From assembly GCF_041262585.1 (NCBI RefSeq), contig NZ_JBGCBZ010000002.1:1-64000 (forward strand): DNA of 64,000 nt, read 5' to 3'. Position numbers and translations under genes: made by a program. Below are positions 56,927-64,000 of the stretch, in pieces. The notes under the pieces are model-generated. The model did not search any database. It saw only the letters and a list, made by a program, of their open reading frames with translations, and had not been told where the DNA came from. This stretch comes from Planotetraspora sp. GP83 (GTDB lineage Bacteria; Actinomycetota; Actinomycetes; Streptosporangiales; Streptosporangiaceae). Each line of letters starts with the position of its first letter. Position 1 is the first letter of the stretch.

Positions 56927-58093
56927 GTGACGGACGTCCTCGCGCTCATGGATGAATGGGGTCCGGAGAAGGTTGTCTGTGTCTCGGATCGCAAATCCGG
57001 GATGAAGGGCGTGCTTGTCCTGGACAACACCGCTCGGGGCATGGGCAAAGGCGGCACCCGGATGAGTCCCACATTGTCCGTCAACGAGGTGGCTCGCCTG
57101 GCGCGCACGATGACGTGGAAATGGGCGGCCGCGGATCTTTACTACGGCGGCGCCAAGGCCGGCCTCATGGGGGACCCCAACGCGGCGAACAAGGAGCAAC
57201 TCCTGCGGGCCTTCGCGCGGGCCCTTTCCAACGAGGTGCCGAAGGAGTACGTCTTCGGCCTGGACATGGGGCTTTCGGAGAAGGACGCGGCGATCTTCAT
57301 CGACGAGCTCGGCGATCGTGGAGCGGCGGTCGGCCTTCCCACGGCGCTCGGAGGAGTGCCCTACGACGAGCTCGGGGTCACCGGCTTCGGCGTCGCGGAG
57401 GCGGCCGATGCCGCGGCCCAGACCCTCAGCGTCCCCATGGAGGGCGCCCGGGTCGTCATCCAGGGCTTCGGGGCGGTGGGCGCCGCGGCCGCCGAGCGGT
57501 TCCGCGCCTTGGGAGCCACGGTTGTCGGCGTGTCCACGTCCGTCGGCTCGGTGCACGATCCTGACGGCCTGGACCTGAACCGGCTCCTGCAACTGCGCGG
57601 CGAGGCCGGCGACGGGTGTGTGCGCGAGTACGGCGGGGTCCGGCCGACCGGCGACGCGCTGGCCTTCGACTGCGACATCCTGGTCCCCGCGGCCATCCAG
57701 GACGTGGTGGATGTGGATGTCGCCCGGTCGACGACGGCCTCCCTGGTGGTCGAGGGAGCCAACATGCCGACGACCGGTCCGGCCCTGGAGGTGCTGGCGG
57801 CGCGGGGCGTCTCCGTGGTTCCCGACTTCATCGCCAACGCGGGAGGGGTCATCGCCGCCGCGTTCTCCATGGACAACCGATACTCGCCGTTCGCCACCGA
57901 CCCAGCTCAGATCTTCGCCCACATATCCACGAAGATCCGCGGCAACGCCGCGACGGTGCTGCTGGAGAGCAGCACGCGCGGCACCACGCCGCACGTCGCG
58001 GCCCGGCAGATCGCCCAGGAGCGAGTGCTGGCGGCGATGCGCCTGCGTGGCCGGACCGCGATCGGCGAACACGCCAAGCAGCCCGTGGCATGA
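56927..58093 (+). CDS. Glu/Leu/Phe/Val-family amino acid dehydrogenase
   Basis: GTG start after AAGGAG. Catalytic-Lys region GMGKGGTRM and NAD-binding QGFGAVGAAAAE. Confidence 0.75.
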   Translation: MTDVLALMDEWGPEKVVCVSDRKSGMKGVLVLDNTARGMGKGGTRMSPTLSVNEVARLARTMTWKWAAADLYYGGAKAGLMGDPNAANKEQLLRAFARALSNEVPKEYVFGLDMGLSEKDAAIFIDELGDRGAAVGLPTALGGVPYDELGVTGFGVAEAADAAAQTLSVPMEGARVVIQGFGAVGAAAAERFRALGATVVGVSTSVGSVHDPDGLDLNRLLQLRGEAGDGCVREYGGVRPTGDALAFDCDILVPAAIQDVVDVDVARSTTASLVVEGANMPTTGPALEVLAARGVSVVPDFIANAGGVIAAAFSMDNRYSPFATDPAQIFAHISTKIRGNAATVLLESSTRGTTPHVAARQIAQERVLAAMRLRGRTAIGEHAKQPVA

Positions 58094-58195
58094 GCCGAGC
58101 CCGGCGCCCCGTACAGGCCCCGGCTCCGAGCTCAAAGCCCTGACGGGCTCGGCTGCCCAGCCAGGTTCACGTGACCACAGATTGAGAGAACTGTT

Positions 58196-59803
58196 GTGAC
58201 CCCCACCTCGTCCGCCGCCGCCTCGCCGCCCGCCGCCTTGCCAACTCACGCCTTGCCAACTCACGCCTTGCCAACTCACGCCTTGCCAACCGCCGAGCAC
58301 CTCCGCGAGGAGGCCCAGCGCGCCCTTGAGCGCTGTGGCGTGGACCCCGTGCTGTTGCGTGGCGCCCACTCCTCACGGTCCCCCATCAACGGTGCGGAGT
58401 TGCTGCCGGTCACATGGGTGGACGGCGATGCCGTGGACGAGACGGTGTCGCGCGCCCGGGAAGCCTTTCTCACCTGGCGAGAGACCCCCGCACCCGTGCG
58501 GGGAGCGCTGGTGGGCAGGCTGGGCGATCTGCTTGTCGAGCACAAGCAGGACATCGCGACCCTGATCAGCCTCGAAGTAGGCAAGATCGCCTCTGAGGCG
58601 CTCGGCGAAGTGCAAGAGATGATCGATATCTGCGAGTTCGCCGTCGGCCTGTCCCGTCAGCTCTATGGGAAGACCATGCCGTCCGAGCGTCCCGGTCACC
58701 GGCTCATGGAGACCTGGCACCCGTTGGGGATCGTGGGCGTCATCAGTGCCTTCAACTTCCCGGCGGCCGTGTGGTCGTGGAACGCGGCGGTGGCGCTGGT
58801 CTGTGGTGACACAGTGGTCTGGAAGCCGTCCGAGACGGCGCCGCTGACCGCCCTGGCCTGCCAGGCGGTTCTTCAGCGGGCGATCGAGGAGACGGGAGCG
58901 CCGCGGCATGTCAGCCAGGTCCTGCTCGGCGGAGCCGATGTGGGAGAACGGCTGGTGGACCACCACGACGTGGCCCTGCTCAGCGCCACGGGTTCCACGC
59001 GGATGGGGCGTGCTGTGGGGCCACGCGTGGCGGCCCGGTTCGGCCGGTGCCTGCTCGAGCTCGGCGGGAACAACGCGGCGGTCGTCGCACGATCGGCCGA
59101 CCTCGATCTCGCGACACGTGGCATCGTGTTCTCCGCGGCGGGAACCGCGGGCCAGCGATGCACGAGCATGCGCCGCGTGTTCGTCCACGAAGACATCGCC
59201 GACGAACTGGAACGTCGTCTCGTCGCGGCGTACGCGCGCCTCCCGATCGGCGATCCCACGGCAGACGGAACGCTCGTGGGCCCGCTCATCGACGAGAAGG
59301 CCTTCCAGAGTCTGGCCAGGGCCCTGGACCGGGCGTCTGAGGAAGGGGGAGAGCTTCTGGTCGGCGGAGGACGCCGTCTGGACGACGTGACTCCGGATGC
59401 CTACTACGTCGAGCCGGCCATCGTCCGCATGCCCGCGCAGAGCGCGATCGTGCGGGAGGAGACGTTCGCTCCCCTGCTGTACCTCATGCGCTACCGGGAT
59501 CTTGACACCGCCATCGAGCTCAACAACGACGTGCCGCAGGGTCTGTCGTCGTCGATCTTCACTTCCGACCAGGCGGAGGCGGAGCGGTTCGTCAGCGCTG
59601 TCGGGTCGGACTGCGGCATCGTCAACGTGAACATCGGCACGTCCGGCGCCGAGATCGGCGGCGCCTTCGGTGGCGAGAAGGAGACCGGCGGCGGCCGTGA
59701 GTCGGGATCGGATGCCTGGCGGGCCTACATGCGTCGGGCGACCAACACGATCAACTATTCGGGCGAGCTTCCCCTGGCCCAAGGCGTCGACTTCACCGTC
59801 TGA
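58196..59803 (+). CDS. ALDH7-type aldehyde dehydrogenase (piperideine-6-carboxylate / alpha-aminoadipic-semialdehyde dehydrogenase-like)
   Basis: C-terminal ...NVNIGTSGAEIGGAFGGEKETGGGRESGSDAWRAYMRRATNTINYS is diagnostic of the ALDH7/antiquitin (Pcd/AmaB) subfamily. The N-terminus carries a 3x HALPT repeat. Confidence 0.8.
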   Translation: MTPTSSAAASPPAALPTHALPTHALPTHALPTAEHLREEAQRALERCGVDPVLLRGAHSSRSPINGAELLPVTWVDGDAVDETVSRAREAFLTWRETPAPVRGALVGRLGDLLVEHKQDIATLISLEVGKIASEALGEVQEMIDICEFAVGLSRQLYGKTMPSERPGHRLMETWHPLGIVGVISAFNFPAAVWSWNAAVALVCGDTVVWKPSETAPLTALACQAVLQRAIEETGAPRHVSQVLLGGADVGERLVDHHDVALLSATGSTRMGRAVGPRVAARFGRCLLELGGNNAAVVARSADLDLATRGIVFSAAGTAGQRCTSMRRVFVHEDIADELERRLVAAYARLPIGDPTADGTLVGPLIDEKAFQSLARALDRASEEGGELLVGGGRRLDDVTPDAYYVEPAIVRMPAQSAIVREETFAPLLYLMRYRDLDTAIELNNDVPQGLSSSIFTSDQAEAERFVSAVGSDCGIVNVNIGTSGAEIGGAFGGEKETGGGRESGSDAWRAYMRRATNTINYSGELPLAQGVDFTV

Positions 59804-59846
59804 GACCCTGAACGGCCGGCATGTACGGCCGGCATGGCGCTTGAGA

Positions 59847-60815
59847 TCAACCGTTGTTGCCGGCATCGGGGTGCGTCACGTACCCGGGCGTGGGTGGGCA
59901 CACTCCCGGCCGGGTGCCGACGATCGCGGCGGCGGCTCGTTCGAGCGCCCGCAGGGCCCCGGTGACGGCACGGTTGTACTTCGTCGCCCGATGCAGCACG
60001 GCGACGTGGCGGCGGGCGGTCACGTCCTTCAGAGGGGCCGCGAAGACCCCGTCGCTGGTCACGTGGCTGAGTGCCGGCACGAGGGCGATCCCGAGGCTGG
60101 AGCGTACGAAACTGCGGATGACGTCGTAGTCGTTGCTGCGTACGGCCACGGCGGGCTCGAAGCCCTTACTCGTGCACAGCCGTCTCATGCATTTGGACCC
60201 CGCGGTCCCCTCGCGGGTCGAGACCCAGTTCTCGGTGGCCAGATCGGACAGGACGATGGAGTCCACGGTGGTGAGCTGATGGCCCTCGGGGAGCAGCAGG
60301 ATCAGCTCCTCGTCCAGCAACGGTTTCGCCTGCAGGGTCCGCGGCCAGGACCGTGGAACCAGGTCGTAGTGGTACACCAGGGCAAGGTCGATTCTGCCGT
60401 CCTGGAGGCTGTTCACCAGATCCTCGGACTCACCCTCGTCGAGCAGGATCTCGACCTTCGGATGGTCGTTGAGGAACGCGGCCAGCGCCTCGGGAAGCAG
60501 TCGCTCGCTCGCGGTCGGGAAGCTGCCTATCCGGATGCGCCCGACGGTGCCCTCGGCCATGCCGGTGATGTCGTCCTCGAGCGCCTTCAGGCTTGCCAGG
60601 GTGTCGTGCGCGCGGGCGGCCAGGAACTCCGCCGCCGCCGTGGGCCGCACACTGTGCGCGGCCCGCTCGAAAAGGGGCACCTTGACGACCCGCTCCAGGG
60701 CGGCGATCTGCTGCGACACCGCGGAGCCCGTGTAGCCCAGATCCCGTGCGGCGTCAGCGAACGAGCCAGAACGGATCACGGCGACGAGTGTCCGTAAGTG
60801 AACGGGATTGAGCAT
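59847..60815 (-). CDS. LysR-family transcriptional regulator
   Basis: MLNPVHLRTLVAVIRSGSFADAARDLGYTGSAVSQQIAALE... HTH plus substrate-binding domain. Divergent/adjacent to the catabolic operon. Confidence 0.85.
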   Translation of the reverse strand: MLNPVHLRTLVAVIRSGSFADAARDLGYTGSAVSQQIAALERVVKVPLFERAAHSVRPTAAAEFLAARAHDTLASLKALEDDITGMAEGTVGRIRIGSFPTASERLLPEALAAFLNDHPKVEILLDEGESEDLVNSLQDGRIDLALVYHYDLVPRSWPRTLQAKPLLDEELILLLPEGHQLTTVDSIVLSDLATENWVSTREGTAGSKCMRRLCTSKGFEPAVAVRSNDYDVIRSFVRSSLGIALVPALSHVTSDGVFAAPLKDVTARRHVAVLHRATKYNRAVTGALRALERAAAAIVGTRPGVCPPTPGYVTHPDAGNNG

Positions 60816-61001
60816 CCGAAATCCTATCTACAGCTCAGCCGGCGACTCGGCGACAGGGAGAGCCAAAGCGAACGCTTTGCCTCAGAATAGGTCGTGAACT
60901 GGGGTGATGTGGCCCCACGGCATCCCGATCGTGATCACGGCAGCCCCCGGCGCGCACCATCATTTCGGCCACTGCCGTACCGGTCGGCCGAAGACCAGCG
61001 C

Positions 61002-63869
61002 TCAGTGGGGCAGGTGTTCGGCGAGGAGCTGGGCGAGATGCCGGCCCGTGCGGTCGGTGAGCGTGCTGAGCTGGGTGCGGCAGCTGAACCCGTCGGCGAG
61101 CAGGATGGTGCCTGGCCCGGCCGCCCGGACGGCGGGCAGAAGCCGGTGCTCGGCGACGGCGACGGAGACATCGTGGTGTCCACGCTCGACGCCGAAGTTG
61201 CCGGCCAGGCCGCAACACCCGCCGAGCCGCTCGACGTCGGCCCCGGCGTCCCGCAGCAGGGCGGCGTCGGCGGCCCAGCCCATCACGGCGTGGTGGTGGC
61301 AGTGGGGCTGGGCGACGCCGGTGGTGCCGGTCAGGTCTGGCGGGGTCCAGCCGGGCGTCTGGCCGAGCAGCTCGGCCAGGGTGCGGGTCGCGGCGGCGAC
61401 CTCTCTGGCGGCGACCAGGGCCGCGGCGTGCGCGGCGTCCTCCCCGTCCAGCAGTTCGACGGCGTCAGCGCGTAGCACTCCGGTGCAGGAGGGCTCAAGC
61501 CCGACGATCACGGCGCCGGCCCGCACATGCGGCAGCAGCGCGTCGATCGTGGCGCGTGCCTGTCTTCGGGCGCCGTCCAGCTGGCCGGTGGAGATCCAGG
61601 TCAGGCCGCAGCAGACCGGGCGGTCGGTGACGGTGACGCGGTAACCGGCGTCTTCGAGGACGGCGACGGCCGCCTGCCCGACCTCGGGCGAGAAGGCGTC
61701 CGTGAAAGTGTCGACGAACAGGACGACGTCCCCGTGCTCCGCGGTGCCGGGCCTTACAGGCCGCTGGGCGAACCAGCGCCGGAAGGGGTTCTCCGCGAAT
61801 GCCGGCAGCGACCGGCGCCGGTCGATCCCGGCGCTCCAGGTGACGAGCGGGTGCAGCGTCTTCGACCGCATGGCGACGTTGGCCAGCCTCGTCAGGACGA
61901 CCGAGCGGCCGGCCAGGCGCGCCCAGCGTGGCAGCCACCCGAGGGCGTAGTGGGACCGCGGACGCGGCCGGCGCCGATACCGCTGGTGCAGCGCCTCGGC
62001 CTTGTAGGCGGCCATGTCCACACCGGTCGGGCAGTCCGACGAGCAGCCCTTGCACGACAGGCACAGGTCCAGGGCGTCGTGCAACGCCTGCGATCTCCAC
62101 CCATCCGGGCCGAGGTCGCCCGACACCGCGTCCTGCAGCACCCGGGCGCGGCCACGTGTGGAGTCCTTCTCGTCGCGCGTGGCCACGAAGCTCGGGCACA
62201 TCACGCCACCATCGGCGCTGTTGTCCGCGCGGCACTTGCCCACCCCCGTGCAGCGGTGCACCGCCGCCGACAGATCACCGCCGTCGTGGCGGTACGCCAG
62301 GCCGAGGGTGGCCAGCTCGGCTCGTCTCAACGGCTTCGCCGCCGCGACCCGGACATCGGCCTCGAAGGGGGCAGGACGCACGATCACGCCGGGGTTCAGC
62401 AGGTCATCGGGGTCGAACACGGCCTTGACCCTTTCGAACAGCCCGATCGCCTGTGGCGAGTACATCAGCGGCAGCAGCTCACTCCGGGCGCGGCCGTCGC
62501 CGTGCTCACCGGACATCGACCCGCCGTGCTCGGCCGCCAGAGCGCCCGCGGCGAGCAGGAAGTCGCGGAAGACGCCGGTGCCTCGGTCGAACGGGAAGTC
62601 GATGCGGATGTGGACGCACCCGTCACCGAAGTGCCCGTACGGCAGGCCGGTCAGCCGGTACCGATTCATCAGCGTCTCGAACTCACGCAGGTAGGCGCCC
62701 AGCCGCTGCGGCGGCACCGCGGCGTCCTCCCATCCGGCGTGGGCGGGGGCGCCGGCGGGCGTGCGCGCGGACAGTCCCGCGCCGTCCTCCCGGATCTTCC
62801 ACAGCGCCGCGGCGTGGACGGGGTCGGTGACGACCCGCGAGTCCAGCGCCCCGGCGTCCGCGACCAATCCGCGCGCCGCGGCCCGTACGGCGCCGCTGTC
62901 CTCCCCGGCGAGCTCGACGAACAGCCAGCCGGAACCGCGCGGCAGCTCGGGGACGGCGGCCGGCCCCCGCCGAGCGCGCACCACGTCCACGATCCGCGCG
63001 TCCAGCCCCTCGCAGGCGACGGGGTCGTGCGGCAGGACGGCGGGGACGGCGTCCGCGGCCTCCGCCATCGACGGGTATCCGAGCGCGACCAGAATCCGCA
63101 CGGGAGCGTCCCGCACCAGCCGCACCCGGGCCGCGAGCGTCAAGGCCAGCGTTCCCTCGCTGCCGACCAGTGCCCGCGCGACGTCGAACCCGTTCTCTGG
63201 AAGCAGATGCTCCAGTGCGTAGCCCGACACCTGCCGCCCGAATCTGCCCAGCTCGGTGCGGATCGTCGCCAGGCCGTCGCGCACCACCCCTCGCAGATCC
63301 GTCAGCAGCGGCGAGGTCGCCGTGGGGTTGTCCATCGCGCCCAGCCGCAGCCGCTCCCCCGTACCGGCCAGCACATCGAGCCCCAGGACGTTGTCGCTGG
63401 TCCGGCCGTACCCCAGCGCCCGCGACCCGCACGCGTTGTTACCGATCATCCCGCCCAGCGTCGCGCGGTTGTGGGTCGAGGGGTCGGGGCCGAACCGCAG
63501 GCCGTGCCTCGCCGCCGCCTTCTGCAGGTCCGCCTGCACCACACCGGGCTCCACCAGCGCCGTTCCGCCCTCCGCGTCCACCTCCAGCACGCGGTTCAGG
63601 TGGCGGCTGACGTCCACCACCACACCGGGCCCGACCGCGTTGCCCGCGATCGACGTGCCGGCTCCCCGCATCGTCAGCGGGACGGCATGCTCGCGGCACA
63701 CCCGGAGCACAGCGGCCAGCTCGTCCACATGACGCGGCACCACCACCACCCGGGGAGGGATCCGGTACAGCGACGCGTCAGAGGAGTACAACGACCGGCG
63801 CAGAGGCGACCCGTCCACATCTCCGGCACCCGCCGAACGCAGGGCCGCGACCAGATCCGCGTCGGCCAT
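61002..63869 (-). CDS. fused FAD-linked oxidase (GlcD-like) + 4Fe-4S / CCG-domain (GlcF-like) dehydrogenase
   Basis: FAD_binding_4 region (RGAGTSIAGNAVG), Cys clusters CxxCxxCxxxCP in the C-terminal half. Start at MADADLV (63869) or MTRKDS (63887). Confidence 0.8.
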   Translation of the reverse strand: MADADLVAALRSAGAGDVDGSPLRRSLYSSDASLYRIPPRVVVVPRHVDELAAVLRVCREHAVPLTMRGAGTSIAGNAVGPGVVVDVSRHLNRVLEVDAEGGTALVEPGVVQADLQKAAARHGLRFGPDPSTHNRATLGGMIGNNACGSRALGYGRTSDNVLGLDVLAGTGERLRLGAMDNPTATSPLLTDLRGVVRDGLATIRTELGRFGRQVSGYALEHLLPENGFDVARALVGSEGTLALTLAARVRLVRDAPVRILVALGYPSMAEAADAVPAVLPHDPVACEGLDARIVDVVRARRGPAAVPELPRGSGWLFVELAGEDSGAVRAAARGLVADAGALDSRVVTDPVHAAALWKIREDGAGLSARTPAGAPAHAGWEDAAVPPQRLGAYLREFETLMNRYRLTGLPYGHFGDGCVHIRIDFPFDRGTGVFRDFLLAAGALAAEHGGSMSGEHGDGRARSELLPLMYSPQAIGLFERVKAVFDPDDLLNPGVIVRPAPFEADVRVAAAKPLRRAELATLGLAYRHDGGDLSAAVHRCTGVGKCRADNSADGGVMCPSFVATRDEKDSTRGRARVLQDAVSGDLGPDGWRSQALHDALDLCLSCKGCSSDCPTGVDMAAYKAEALHQRYRRRPRPRSHYALGWLPRWARLAGRSVVLTRLANVAMRSKTLHPLVTWSAGIDRRRSLPAFAENPFRRWFAQRPVRPGTAEHGDVVLFVDTFTDAFSPEVGQAAVAVLEDAGYRVTVTDRPVCCGLTWISTGQLDGARRQARATIDALLPHVRAGAVIVGLEPSCTGVLRADAVELLDGEDAAHAAALVAAREVAAATRTLAELLGQTPGWTPPDLTGTTGVAQPHCHHHAVMGWAADAALLRDAGADVERLGGCCGLAGNFGVERGHHDVSVAVAEHRLLPAVRAAGPGTILLADGFSCRTQLSTLTDRTGRHLAQLLAEHLPH

Positions 63870-64000
63870 GGAGTCTTTCCTCGTCATCTCACGCCACCGG
63901 GATCGGTACGGTCCCGTCGAGGCCGAGCCCTGCCGCGACCTGCCGCAACGACCCCGCGCGCTGCGCCTCGTACAGCTCACCGGGCTCCTGGACCTGGCGG

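Noticed and set aside
56915-58369. 484-aa minus-strand ORF opposite the amino-acid dehydrogenase, including a VSWQG repeat
   Set aside because: Antisense to a conserved enzyme; its repeat is just the reverse complement of the 15-bp HALPT repeat.
1-64000. CRISPR arrays, rRNA, canonical tRNA, integrase/transposase genes
   Set aside because: No regularly spaced repeat-spacer array, no rRNA-like conserved stretches, no cloverleaf candidates and no recombinase or DDE motifs were found by eye in any frame.

Overview
High-GC actinomycete (Streptomyces-like) chromosomal window on an accessory, mosaic arm, densely coding on both strands.

Working from one end to the other:

1. Positions 1-8200 hold the right-hand part of a type III polyketide cluster. 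It contains an RppA-like 1,3,6,8-tetrahydroxynaphthalene synthase, two (possibly three, tandemly duplicated) O-methyltransferases, two convergent SARP activators (one carries an in-frame TTA codon), a MarR regulator and a BBE-like FAD oxidase.

2. Next come two paralogous alpha/beta hydrolases and a large LAL-family (AAA + LuxR) regulator.

3. An ~18.3 kb segment (13.05-31.4 kb) is bounded by two imperfect ~65-bp direct repeats that carry a tRNA T-loop-like motif. Each repeat abuts a 5'-truncated gene remnant (a LuxR-HTH fragment on one side, a phosphoesterase fragment on the other). Inside the segment are:
   - a RelE/ParE-like pair at the left edge and a VapB plus decayed VapC pair at the right edge;
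   - a NarL-type two-component system with an ABC-2 exporter;
   - a GNAT acetyltransferase, an APC permease and a SnoaL-like protein;
   - a DUF574-type SAM methyltransferase (AdoMet_MTase, PF04672/Methyltransf_19);
   - a tightly coupled three-gene operon: NfeD-like membrane protein, flotillin (SPFH domain), and a 1688-aa protein with a C-terminal MoxR/AAA_5-type ATPase. I consider this operon the best candidate for an undescribed membrane-microdomain-associated system.

4. A neighbourhood rich in STAND-type signalling proteins follows: an HTH-WD40 protein, an FGE-sulfatase domain protein, a SARP-NB-ARC (AfsR-like) regulator, and a frameshifted TM-NB-ARC/TPR gene. Redox enzymes sit among them (SDR, LLM monooxygenase with FMN reductase, NmrA).

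5. A GMC oxidoreductase with its small subunit and an aldehyde dehydrogenase, then a secreted ricin-B/GH18 chitinase.

6. A LysR-controlled catabolic locus combines an amino-acid ABC importer, two gamma-glutamyl(amine)cyclotransferase-like proteins, a pipecolate/sarcosine-oxidase-like flavoenzyme, an FMO, an amino-acid dehydrogenase and an ALDH7-type piperideine-6-carboxylate dehydrogenase.

7. The window ends with a fused FAD/Fe-S (GlcD-GlcF-like) oxidase.

No rRNA, canonical tRNA or CRISPR array was seen. Many long ORFs on the opposite strand of real genes are GC-bias shadow ORFs and were discarded.
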